Of a stretch of 61,628 nucleotides of DNA, positions 36,445 through 45,079 are shown in pieces. Position 1 is the stretch's first letter. Every line of letters begins with the position of its first letter. This stretch comes from an uncultured Deferribacteraceae bacterium (GTDB lineage: Bacteria > Chrysiogenota > Deferribacteres > CAMZNJ01), in NCBI GenBank assembly GCA_947313825.1, contig CAMZNJ010000012.1:1-61628 (forward strand), given 5' to 3'. Made by a program: the position numbers and the translations under genes. The notes below the pieces were generated by a model that ran no database searches, was not told where the DNA came from, and saw nothing but the letters and a program-made list of their open reading frames with translations.

Positions 36445-37389
36445 CTACTTCACAAATATGGCAGCATCGCAAGCACCAAACATAATACTATGATGAGACG
36501 ACGACGCAAACCCCGCCGCCAAACCCAACTTGTCAAACTCGCTACGACTAGGGTAAAACGCGACCGACTCAGGCAAATAACGGTACGCATCACCATCACC
36601 ACGAGAAAAAATAGACGCAACACGAGGCATAATCTTGCCAAAATACAACTTATGCACAAAAGACATGGGCTGACGAGACGGTATACGTATATCTAAAATG
36701 CAAAACTTACCACCCGGAACAAGCAAACGATAACACTCTGACATCACTGCCGACTTATCAGGCATGTTGCGAATACCGTAAGCAACCGTTATCATATCAA
36801 AACTAGAAGCAGGGAAACTCGTGGAAGTCGCATCCATCAAATGGAAACGCAAATGGGGATAGTTCGCCTTAGCAACTGAAAGCATACCCTCAGAAAAATC
36901 CAAACCATCAACATTAGCATCACCAACATGGGACGCAATCAAAGTTGTCAACGCACCTGTACCGCAAGCAAGATCAAGAACCTTGTCGCCAGGGCTTATA
37001 CCCGCTTTTCGTAAAAAAATGTTGCGGAAAATATTGTCCATGTTGAATGATATGAGGCGATTAAGGCGATCGTAACGACCTGAGATACGGTTAAACATGT
37101 CCTGAACATACTCAGCATCGCCATGGCGAATCTGAATGCTTGCACCCGTGGTGCTCGCATCTGTGGTGCTCGAACCCGTGGTTCTCGAACCCGTGGTGCT
37201 CGAACCCGTGGTGCTCGAACCCGTGGTGCTCGAACCCGTGGTGCCCGCATCTGTGGTGCCCGCATCTGTGGTGCTCGAACCCGTGGTGCTTGCATCTGTG
37301 GTGCTTGCATCTGCGGTGCTTGCACCCGTGGTGCCCGAACCTGTGGTTCTTGCACCACCTTCACCATTATTTAAACTATCCCGTGCCAT
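36445..37389 (-). CDS. ubiE: Demethylmenaquinone / ubiquinone biosynthesis C-methyltransferase with repeat-encoded N-terminal extension
   Basis: VQDMFNRISGRYDRLNRLISF (UbiE signature region), SAM motif VLDLACGTG and AYGIRN. The about 85-aa N-terminal extension (STTGS)n has no internal Met before the conserved domain. Confidence 0.85.
   Translation of the reverse strand: MARDSLNNGEGGARTTGSGTTGASTADASTTDASTTGSSTTDAGTTDAGTTGSSTTGSSTTGSSTTGSRTTGSSTTDASTTGASIQIRHGDAEYVQDMFNRISGRYDRLNRLISFNMDNIFRNIFLRKAGISPGDKVLDLACGTGALTTLIASHVGDANVDGLDFSEGMLSVAKANYPHLRFHLMDATSTSFPASSFDMITVAYGIRNMPDKSAVMSECYRLLVPGGKFCILDIRIPSRQPMSFVHKLYFGKIMPRVASIFSRGDGDAYRYLPESVAFYPSRSEFDKLGLAAGFASSSHHSIMFGACDAAIFVK
37138..37352. 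repeat. In-frame 15-nt tandem repeat (GCTCGAACCCGTGGT on + strand), about 14 copies, at the 5' end of ubiE
   Basis: Read directly from the sequence. Encodes (G/A/D)(S/T)TT(G/D) pentapeptides: TTGSSTTGSSTTGSSTTGSRTTGSSTTDASTTGAS and similar. Confidence 0.92.
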
Positions 37390-37805
37390 TAAAAGTTATA
37401 ATCCAAGAAGTTTAAGCTCAGTGCCGCCGACTCGAATGAATTCGAAAGGGAGATACTAGGCATTTGCAACCCTAAACTAGGCTGAGGCTGTGTCGAAACA
37501 TAAACACCCGACATGCCATTGTCCACATAGAGCACGTTAACTTCGTACGCACCAATGCCAACACCAACCAAACCACCAGCAAGGAGTCCGTATGAGATGT
37601 AGTCCAAATGCTCGCCCGGTTTTTCAGTTGTTAGCAACAACGCCGCACCGATGAGCGTACCGATACCCATTCCGTACAGTGTATTTACGAAAATTATCTC
37701 ACCCAGTTCATTACCCTGAGCAGTGGCACGTGTGCCCGTACCCGTTGAAAAAACCATCACTGTAACCATTGCCATTGTTGCCAATACGGTCATACTCTTA
37801 CGCAT
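37389..37805 (-). CDS. Small secreted/membrane protein with glycine-zipper segments, hypothetical
   Basis: Signal-like N-terminus MRKSMTVLATMAMVTVMVFS and G-rich hydrophobic stretches (GMGIGTLIGAALL, GLLAGGLVGVGIGA). The C-terminus ends in Phe. GGAGTG RBS. The stop overlaps the ubiE start (TAATG). Confidence 0.5.
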   Translation of the reverse strand: MRKSMTVLATMAMVTVMVFSTGTGTRATAQGNELGEIIFVNTLYGMGIGTLIGAALLLTTEKPGEHLDYISYGLLAGGLVGVGIGAYEVNVLYVDNGMSGVYVSTQPQPSLGLQMPSISLSNSFESAALSLNFLDYNF

Positions 37806-38056
37806 ATCACACACTCCATTTTTGCTACGAACCCAAATCGATTTGGCACCCATAGCCGTAATTGCTGAAACTTACGTGGTTAATTCTACTAGGTTTCTTC
37901 AAACTTTACAACAAAAACTTACCCACTAGCAAATATTTACAAGGGGTAATGTTATGTCGTAAGTAATTTGTTGCTAATTTACGGATTATATAATATAATT
38001 ATAGATAACGGCAATGCTGTCGCACACATAAAAACACGAACCACGGAGGCATATCA

Positions 38057-38485
38057 ATGGACTGTATTTTCTGCAAAATAGTGAACAACGAAATCCCATC
38101 CACTACCATCTTTGAAGACGAAAACCTGAAAGTTATACTCGACATAAACCCAGTAAACAAAGGACATGTGCTTATTCTAACAAAAAAACACTACAATAAT
38201 ATTTTCGACGTACCCGAAGAACTACTCACAAATATCTACCCGCTAGCAAAAAAAATCGCCTCCACGCTGAAAACCGTTACTGAAAACCGCAACAAACACC
38301 AAATCGCTGGTATCAATATCATGCAAAATAACGGTGCCGCCGCTGGACAAGAGGTCTCGCACTTCCACCTACACGTTATCCCACGACATGCTGGCGAAAT
38401 CGGAATTATCAAAATCACACGAACAAAGTACGACTCAATGGACGAAATGAACGCACTAGGCAACGAAATCAAAGAGCTACTGTAG
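38057..38485 (+). CDS. HIT-family (histidine triad) nucleotide hydrolase
   Basis: CIFCKI N-terminal motif and the histidine triad HFHLHVIP. GGAGG RBS 7 nt upstream. Confidence 0.9.
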   Translation: MDCIFCKIVNNEIPSTTIFEDENLKVILDINPVNKGHVLILTKKHYNNIFDVPEELLTNIYPLAKKIASTLKTVTENRNKHQIAGINIMQNNGAAAGQEVSHFHLHVIPRHAGEIGIIKITRTKYDSMDEMNALGNEIKELL

Positions 38486-38578
38486 GCAACACGCACGAAC
38501 GCACGAACGCACGAACGCACCAACGAACCAACGAACGCACGAACGCACCAACGCACGAACGCACCAACGCACTCACGC
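38486..38578. repeat. Intergenic 8-nt tandem repeat (GCACGAAC / GCACCAAC), about 11 copies
   Basis: Starts at the base after the HIT gene stop codon and ends at the pgk terminator hairpin. A+C+G only, nearly T-free on the + strand. Confidence 0.88.
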
Positions 38579-38623
38579 AAAAAGGGCAAGGGGATGAACC
38601 GTTTGGCTCCACCCTCTTGCCCT
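38579..38623 (-). terminator. Rho-independent terminator of gap-pgk
   Basis: On the minus strand, AGGGCAAGAGGG pairs with CCCCTTGCCC (one bulge) around an 18-nt loop, followed by TTTTT. The structure begins about 45 nt downstream of the pgk stop. Confidence 0.6.
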
Positions 38624-38668
38624 CTCATGCTTGCCAACCTTAGTATCTGGTTGTTGTATGCAGTGCGA

Positions 38669-39838
38669 TTATGCCCGCAAAACGTCGATGCCTGGCAATG
38701 TACCGAACTCGATGTACTCCAAAGAGGCACCGCCACCAGTGGAGATGTGGGACACCTTGTCCGCAACACCAGCCTGATTTATTGCCGATACTGAATCGCC
38801 ACCACCGATAACAACAGTAGCATCCATTTCTGCTAGAGTGTTGGCTATGGCGAACGTTCCGTTGGCGAAGTTTTCATCTTCAAACACGCCCATGGGACCG
38901 TTCCACAATACTGTTTTGCACCCTTCAAGCTCTTTGCGAAATAGTTCCACACTTTTGGCACCAATATCCAAGCCCATGAGGTCGTCGGATATTTCTCTGC
39001 TATCAATGGCAACAGGTGCACCGCGAAACTCTTTTGAGCCAACGAAATCCACGGGCAGAATAATTTTTACCCCCCGCGACTCAGCTTTCTCTAGTAGCAT
39101 GCGACAGGTGTCCACCTTGTCGAGCTCCATGAGTGATTGTCCCACATTGTGCCCCATCTGTTTGAGGAAGGTGTACGCCATCCCCCCGCCGATGAACACT
39201 TTGTCGGCACGACCGAGTAGTGCTTCGATGACTCCGAGTTTGTCTGACACTTTCGCACCGCCGATGATGGCAGCAAACGGCGTGTCGGGGTTTTTGAGTA
39301 GTTGGTCGAAATATTTGGACTCCTTGAGCACAAGGAACCCTGCCCCTTTTTGGTCTTTCGCTGTTGCGAGTCCATAGGTTGAGGCATGTTTGCGGTGGCA
39401 AGCTCCGAATGCGTCGTTGATGTAAACGTCGCAAAGCTTTGCTAGTTCGGACACGAATGACGAGTCGTTTTTCTCTTCGCCACTGTGAAACCGCAAGTTC
39501 TCCAACAGTACTACTTCACCGTTTTCCATGCTGTTGATTGCTGTTTCCACATCGTTGCCAATGCAGTCGCTTAGGAATTGCACCTTCATGAACATGGTGT
39601 TAATGTGGTCGGCAACGGGTCGCAGTGAGTATTTTGGGTTACGTTCCCCTTTGGGGCGTCCGAAGTGGGAGGCGAGAACCACCTTTGCACCGTTATCAAC
39701 GGCGTATTTGATGGTTGTCATTGCACCTTTGATGCGGGTATCATCGGCAACAAGTCCGTCTGCCACGGGAACATTGAAGTCCACACGAATGAACACACGT
39801 TTCCCTTTGAGGTCTAGTTTTTCAATGCTTTGAACCAT
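38669..39838 (-). CDS. pgk: Phosphoglycerate kinase
   Basis: KRVFIRVDFNVP, ASHFGRPKG and GGGMAYTFL motifs, plus the C-terminal STGGGASLE. GGAGG 5 nt upstream of the ATG at 39838; the maximal ORF starts at a TTG at 39850. Confidence 0.94.
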   Translation of the reverse strand: MVQSIEKLDLKGKRVFIRVDFNVPVADGLVADDTRIKGAMTTIKYAVDNGAKVVLASHFGRPKGERNPKYSLRPVADHINTMFMKVQFLSDCIGNDVETAINSMENGEVVLLENLRFHSGEEKNDSSFVSELAKLCDVYINDAFGACHRKHASTYGLATAKDQKGAGFLVLKESKYFDQLLKNPDTPFAAIIGGAKVSDKLGVIEALLGRADKVFIGGGMAYTFLKQMGHNVGQSLMELDKVDTCRMLLEKAESRGVKIILPVDFVGSKEFRGAPVAIDSREISDDLMGLDIGAKSVELFRKELEGCKTVLWNGPMGVFEDENFANGTFAIANTLAEMDATVVIGGGDSVSAINQAGVADKVSHISTGGGASLEYIEFGTLPGIDVLRA

Positions 39839-39853
39839 TTTAACCTCCAAGAG

Positions 39854-40852
39854 TTATAGTACTTTTGTTGTTAGTTCTGCAACTCTGTTGGAGTAAGCCC
39901 ACTCGTTGTCGTACCATGAGAGAACCTGTAGCAAGCTACCGCCAACAACTTTGGTGGATAGAGCGTCCACAGTGGAGGAGAAAGCGTTGCCGTTGTAGTC
40001 GATGGAAACGAGGGGTTTTTCTTCATACGCCAAGAACCCTTTCATTGTTGTTTCCGATGCTTTTTTCAGTGCAGCGTTAACCTCTTCAGCTGTAACGTCT
40101 TTGCTGAGTTTGAAAATCATTTCGGTAACAGAAACGTTTGGTGTTGGAACGCGTAACGCCATGCCATCCAGTTTCCCTTTTAGTTCGGGGATAACGAGGG
40201 TAACAGCCTTTGCTGCTCCTGTGGATGTTGGGATGATGGACATACCTGCAGCACGTGCACGACGTAGGTCGCCGTGTGGTAGGTCGAGGATATTCTGGTC
40301 GTTGGTGTAGGAGTGAACGGTCATCATTGTGCCGTGTTCGATGCCGAATGTGTCGTTGATTACTTTTGCAACGGGAGCCATGCAGTTGGTTGTGCATGAT
40401 GCGTTGGAGATGATGTGGTGTTTGGATTTGTCGTATTCGCTGTCATTTACGCCGAAAACAAGGGTCAAGTCTTCATCGGTTGCGGGTGCGGAGATGATAA
40501 CTTTTTTTGCACCTGCATCAATGTGTAGCTGAGCTTTGTCGCGTTTGGTGAAGATACCGGTGGACTCGATAACAACGTCAACGCCAAGTTTGCCCCAGCC
40601 AAGATCAGCAGGGTTGCGTTCAGCAAGAACCTTAATCTTTTTGCCGTCAACAATAATATTGCTGTCGTCGTAACTAACAGTAAACTTTGCTTTACCGTGT
40701 ACAGAATCGTACTCCAAAAGGTGTGCAAGGGTTTTGGTGTCAGTTAGGTCGTTGATTGCGACAACGTTAACGTCAAGCTTACGCTCAACGATAGCACGAA
40801 AAACTGAGCGACCTATCCTACCGAAACCATTAATTCCTACTTGTACTGCCAT
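39854..40852 (-). CDS. gap: Type I glyceraldehyde-3-phosphate dehydrogenase
   Basis: INGFGRIGR N-terminus, active site SNASCTTNC and WYDNEWAYS near the C-terminus. GGAGG RBS. Confidence 0.95.
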   Translation of the reverse strand: MAVQVGINGFGRIGRSVFRAIVERKLDVNVVAINDLTDTKTLAHLLEYDSVHGKAKFTVSYDDSNIIVDGKKIKVLAERNPADLGWGKLGVDVVIESTGIFTKRDKAQLHIDAGAKKVIISAPATDEDLTLVFGVNDSEYDKSKHHIISNASCTTNCMAPVAKVINDTFGIEHGTMMTVHSYTNDQNILDLPHGDLRRARAAGMSIIPTSTGAAKAVTLVIPELKGKLDGMALRVPTPNVSVTEMIFKLSKDVTAEEVNAALKKASETTMKGFLAYEEKPLVSIDYNGNAFSSTVDALSTKVVGGSLLQVLSWYDNEWAYSNRVAELTTKVL

Positions 40853-41020
40853 GAAATCCTCCTACCATGGAACCTATGCCCATGAACAAAAAATTAGTGA
40901 GCAAACAACTACTTAAAAGCTACAGTGGAAAAGCCCTGTAGCATAATAAAACAATATACCCACTCTATTCCTATTATAACACCACTCTTTCGCAAAATCA
41001 ATTACTTAAAAACAAATAAA

Positions 41021-41833
41021 CTAACAAGCAAGAGTATACAACTTCACACTAGATGCACCCTGAGACTTCAACACCTTAGCACACTCATTCGCCGTCGCAC
41101 CGGTGGTCAAAATATCGTCAACAAGAAGCACCGACTTACCTGCAACAGGAGACACAACACGAAATGCCCCAGCAACATTACGACTGCGATTCGATCGTAC
41201 AAGACGACTCTGATACCGCGTCATACGATCGCGACGAAGAACTGTGCGGACAGGAATACCCGTGTACAACGAAAGGGTCGAAGCTAACGTAACATTAGGG
41301 TGGCGGAAACGTGTTAAACGACGAGTTATGTGTGTCGGAATCGGACAAATAATATCAATATCGTTGGCATCCAAATGTTGAAGAACAACGAGGGCACCAA
41401 AAATATGACCAACATGGAAGTAGTACTGAAACTTGCTACGAAGCAACAACGAACGCAATGAACCCTCATAATGGTACGACGACTCGGTGTAATCCAAATA
41501 CACCAAAAGGCGACCACCACGACCAATAGGCGACGAACGACACAAATCACAACGGCTAACAACACCACTCACACCACGAACAACATGACCACAATGCAAA
41601 CAATAATTCAACACAGGAGACACCGACGAAATACAAACAGAACAAAGGGGATAACTCCATGACGTACTCGTAAGCAACGACGACTCAGAAGCATCCGAAA
41701 CACGAGCAACATCCGAAGAACAATGGACGCACTCCTTGTAAAACACCAAACCCAACAAAGGACGTAAACGAACAAAACTGAAACAAAAATAAAGGAAGCG
41801 AACAAAACGGACGCCAATACTAGGCAGGTACAT
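41021..41833 (-). CDS. comF: ComF-family protein (zinc-finger plus phosphoribosyltransferase domain)
   Basis: N-terminal CxxC pairs (CVHC, CSVC, CLHC, CDLC) and the C-terminal PRTase motif VLLVDDILTTGATANE. Confidence 0.75.
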   Translation of the reverse strand: MYLPSIGVRFVRFLYFCFSFVRLRPLLGLVFYKECVHCSSDVARVSDASESSLLTSTSWSYPLCSVCISSVSPVLNYCLHCGHVVRGVSGVVSRCDLCRSSPIGRGGRLLVYLDYTESSYHYEGSLRSLLLRSKFQYYFHVGHIFGALVVLQHLDANDIDIICPIPTHITRRLTRFRHPNVTLASTLSLYTGIPVRTVLRRDRMTRYQSRLVRSNRSRNVAGAFRVVSPVAGKSVLLVDDILTTGATANECAKVLKSQGASSVKLYTLAC

Positions 41834-41940
41834 GACTAAACACTCAACACTAAACTAAAAACATAACTCAGTGTAACACAATAGTAATAAAATGGTTGGG
41901 AAAATAATAGACGTCAAACAGAACAACAACACTCAAGATA

Positions 41941-42023
41941 AACACGGGGGGGATAGCCCCCCCAAACGAAACCAAATCTTAAGGGTGTACAAAATGAACG
42001 GGGTGTCATTTCTTTATAATAAT
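41941..42023. repeat. 83-bp dispersed/direct repeat, copy 1 (contains G7-ATAG-C7 hairpin)
   Basis: Near-identical to 42211-42293. From CCCCAAACGAA onward, all but one position match. Confidence 0.85.
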
Positions 42024-42210
42024 ACATAAATCAAGTGGCAAATACGACATACCTCAGTGCCAATAAGCAAACGGCAAACGGCAACAATGGCACGGTAACA
42101 CAACCATAAACACAACAACAACGCCCATCGCTAAGCAATAACCGCTAACCCCTAGCCTCTGACCAACGCAAGCACGCTAAACAAATCGTAAACCCAGATG
42201 CCTCGCGGGA

Positions 42211-42293
42211 AACACGGGGAGCAAATGCCCCCCAAACGAAACTAAATCTTAAGGGTGTACAAAATGAACGGGGTGTCATTTCTTTATAATAAT
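42211..42293. repeat. 83-bp dispersed/direct repeat, copy 2 (overlaps the last 5 codons of the 74-aa ORF)
   Basis: Lies 270 bp from copy 1 in the same orientation. The hairpin part has diverged (GGGGAGC-AAAT-GCCCCCC). Confidence 0.85.
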
Positions 42294-42500
42294 GTCTCTA
42301 TTTGCAAAGTGCGAAACATCACGTATGCCAAGGTCGGTACGCACAACTAAGATTGTGCCATCACCCTCCCCAGCTTCTGGAAGCCGTACACGGACAACAC
42401 GCCCATGCACCTCAGTAAGTTTCGCTGGAATATCAGATTGTTTTTTCCTACCCCCATCAGGTGAAGTACTCTGCACCGAGGGTATAATCCTTATATCCAT
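42276..42500 (-). CDS. Hypothetical 74-aa protein (weakly supported)
   Basis: Only an ORF of non-repetitive composition in an otherwise non-coding 850-bp region. No Shine-Dalgarno is visible upstream. Its last five codons and 3' flank lie inside an 83-bp duplicated element. Confidence 0.25.
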   Translation of the reverse strand: MDIRIIPSVQSTSPDGGRKKQSDIPAKLTEVHGRVVRVRLPEAGEGDGTILVVRTDLGIRDVSHFANRDIIIKK

Positions 42501-42680
42501 AATTAGAATATCGGTGATGATAAGGTTTACTTGAGCTTTTTTTGAAAACAGTTAACAAAAAGGTGATTTTCTGTGAGAACACAAAGGCGATGGCGATTAA
42601 ACAGGGGCGTACTGTAGTCGCAAAGCATGGTGCAATAATATACTGCAAAGGACGTATTGTTTTATTGTAACAGATTGTAG

Positions 42681-43640
42681 CTACTGCTGAGCTTGAAGGG
42701 TGTTGAAAACAGTGGACAGCATGGAGTCCATCCCACTAAGGGGAACCATGTTCGCACCATCAGACAGAGCCGAATCAGGGTTTGGGTGAGTCTCAAAAAA
42801 GAACCCCTTGATACCAATGGCTGCGGCCATATTAGCATAATACGGAACATACTCCCTGTTGCCACCAGAGGAATCCCCCAATGAGGACGGCTTCTGCACA
42901 CTGTGGGTCGCATCTAAAATCAGGGGAACACCAGCCAACGACGCCATGTTGCCCATGTCGATCAAATTGCGAAAATCAAGAACCAGATCACCGTACCCCA
43001 TCATAGTGCCACGCTCAGTAAGCATAACCTTGGAGTTACCGCTCTCGATAACCTTTTGAACAGGGTTGACCATGTTGGTGCCACTCAAAAACTGTGCCTT
43101 CTTGATATTCACAATTGCACCCGTCTTCGCCGACGAAACAAGAAGATCGGTTTGACGACATAAAAATGCCGGTATCTGAATAATATCAGCAACCTCAGAG
43201 ATAGCACCTGCCTGATGGCTCTCGTGAATATCCGTAACAATGGGGACGCCAAACTGTGTCTTTATTTTGGACAACACCTCCAAACCTGCCTCCAGCCCCG
43301 GACCACGATGGGAGTTAATCGATGTGCGGTTCGCCTTGTCGAACGAACTCTTGAACACATAAACAAACCCGTATCTACTGGAAAGCTCTAGCATCTCCTC
43401 GCAAACTTGGCTCATGATGTCGTAATCTTCGATGACACAAGTGCCCGCAAGAATAAAGGGGCGACTTTGTAGCTTAGCGTAAAGGGAGTCTAGGCTCGCC
43501 ATGCTTCTCCCGTTGTTGCCGCTCCCGTTGTTGCCGCTCCCGTTACCGCTACTGTTGCCGCTACTGTTGCCGCTCCCGTTACCGCTACTGTTACTACTAC
43601 CGTTACCGTTACCGCTACTGTTACTGCTACTATGCATCAT
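42681..43640 (-). CDS. kdsA: 2-dehydro-3-deoxyphosphooctonate aldolase (KDO-8-P synthase)
   Basis: Colinear with E. coli KdsA: FKSSFDKANRTSI, HRGPGLEAGL, IVTDIHE, IQIPAFLCRQTDL, LTERG, DATHSVQ, FETHPNPD. Two plausible starts exist. The ATG at 43640 (GAGGT RBS) includes an S/G/N repeat tail; the ATG at 43502 (GGGAG RBS) excludes it. Confidence 0.9.
   Translation of the reverse strand: MMHSSSNSSGNGNGSSNSSGNGSGNSSGNSSGNGSGNNGSGNNGRSMASLDSLYAKLQSRPFILAGTCVIEDYDIMSQVCEEMLELSSRYGFVYVFKSSFDKANRTSINSHRGPGLEAGLEVLSKIKTQFGVPIVTDIHESHQAGAISEVADIIQIPAFLCRQTDLLVSSAKTGAIVNIKKAQFLSGTNMVNPVQKVIESGNSKVMLTERGTMMGYGDLVLDFRNLIDMGNMASLAGVPLILDATHSVQKPSSLGDSSGGNREYVPYYANMAAAIGIKGFFFETHPNPDSALSDGANMVPLSGMDSMLSTVFNTLQAQQ
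43503..43634. repeat. 12-15-nt tandem repeat at the 5' end of kdsA (encodes S/G/N-rich tail if translated)
   Basis: + strand units CCGTTGTTGCCGCTC / CCGTTACCGCTACTGTTGCCGCTA. The translated tail would be SSGNGNGSSNSSGNGSGNSSGNSSGNGSGNNGSGNNG. Confidence 0.85.
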
Positions 43641-43675
43641 TACTGTACCTCAACGGGCTAATACGTTTGGGTTCT

Positions 43676-45079
43676 TTAGAAGTATACATTCAGAGCCGTT
43701 GCAAGGGATGTTGCATTCGTGGGGTACACGTCTTTGAAGCTTCCCCTGTTGGTTTCTGCTGTTACGCCAATGTTGAAGTTGTTGTTGATGAGGTATTCGG
43801 CGTGGGCCGAAAATTGGTTGGACTCATCGGTTGTAACGTAGGAGTAGGACGATTTGAATCGGAATCGTGAGTACAGTTCGTATTCAACGCCGGCTGTGAT
43901 AACCTTGGCGTCAATATCCACATCTTCATCGTCGCTTGTGGCTTTGAGGTCTTCCAAAACATCTTCCATGGCTTTGTTGGCGGAGTCTTGAAGGTAGTAT
44001 TCAGCCGTGAGTCTTAGGTTTCCGCTGGAGTACTCCAACCCTGTGGATAGCTGGTAAAAGAGGGGATCGCCTTTTGGTTTGCCCTCTGGAGCTTTAAAAC
44101 TCACCTCCCGATTGAGGAAGTTTGCTTCGGAATCTGAGAGCTCGTTTGCACCGCTGTTGAAGTAGGATATTTGGTGCATTACTCCTTCAGTATAAAAACC
44201 GAAAGAGTAGAAGTGTTTTTCTAGTGAGCCACCACCGTAGTTGCTTCGTGTAATTTTGCACAGGTAGGATACGTCTGTGCCTACTAGTCCGCAACGATTG
44301 ATGGTGCCACCTTGAAGTTGAATATCCACTGCTTCGGCGTTAATGTTGGAGCGTACTGTGATAGTTTTGCTACTTTCGTTGGTGGATAGTCCGTAAATAA
44401 GGTTTACTTCAGAGAGCCCCACAGGGATATCCATACGCATGACATCTATTCCGTATCGGTATTCTGAGTTAAGGTAGAGGTTGTAGACGTCTAGGGGTGA
44501 GTACACATTTGAGGTACCGAGCCCAACGGGTTGGCGTCCTACTTTGAGGTTAAAGTATGGTGATGGGATATTTAGGTAAAGCCAGTCCATGTCGAAATAG
44601 TAGATACCAGCTCCATTGGGGAGGTATCCGGCTTTGGTGAAGTCTGTAATACGGTAGGTGGTGTCGTTACGGTTAATGTTCGCAGGGGCATCGTACGCAG
44701 GGAAGTACCTGCTTGTTAGCAGAAAGGAGTCGTAAATAAATACTGCGTCAAACTCATCCCCATCTTTGTTGTAGGTATCAACCTCTCTTATTTGCAGAGC
44801 GATAGCACCCAGCGTTGGCTGAGCAACAAAGCGTATGTAGTCGCCACCGATATCGAAAAGGAGCCTGTTGCCTATTTCTAGCTTGTTTGCACGTGTTTCA
44901 AAGTAGTCGGAAAAGTCGATACCTATGCTTGTGGTGGACAGTTCGATCATTGTGTCTGTGCCAACACTAGCGTAGTATCCATCTCCATACTCGAGTGTTA
45001 TTCCATATGCCGGCAACGAAGCGAAAGCTATAGTTGCACTAATTAGTAGTAATGTTAAACTCTTTTTCTTTGCCATCAT
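43676..45079 (-). CDS. Large outer-membrane beta-barrel protein (DUF1302/alginate-export-like pattern), hypothetical
   Basis: Signal peptide MMAKKKSLTLLLISATIAFASLPAYG, a KVGRQPVGLGTS segment reminiscent of porin-like barrels and the C-terminal aromatic ...ALNVYF. Last gene of the ABC cluster. The maximal ORF start is at 45094. Confidence 0.6.
   Translation of the reverse strand: MMAKKKSLTLLLISATIAFASLPAYGITLEYGDGYYASVGTDTMIELSTTSIGIDFSDYFETRANKLEIGNRLLFDIGGDYIRFVAQPTLGAIALQIREVDTYNKDGDEFDAVFIYDSFLLTSRYFPAYDAPANINRNDTTYRITDFTKAGYLPNGAGIYYFDMDWLYLNIPSPYFNLKVGRQPVGLGTSNVYSPLDVYNLYLNSEYRYGIDVMRMDIPVGLSEVNLIYGLSTNESSKTITVRSNINAEAVDIQLQGGTINRCGLVGTDVSYLCKITRSNYGGGSLEKHFYSFGFYTEGVMHQISYFNSGANELSDSEANFLNREVSFKAPEGKPKGDPLFYQLSTGLEYSSGNLRLTAEYYLQDSANKAMEDVLEDLKATSDDEDVDIDAKVITAGVEYELYSRFRFKSSYSYVTTDESNQFSAHAEYLINNNFNIGVTAETNRGSFKDVYPTNATSLATALNVYF

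Noticed and set aside
36996-37459. ORFs of 83-123 aa, in alternative frames and antisense, over the ubiE 15-nt array
   Set aside because: Same artefact: a stop-free repeat. The UbiE frame is the only one continuous with a conserved domain.
38236-38769. 177-aa ORF on the minus strand spanning the HIT gene, the 8-nt repeat and the pgk 3' end
   Set aside because: It runs through a repeat array and a terminator and overlaps two confident genes, so it is an artefact.
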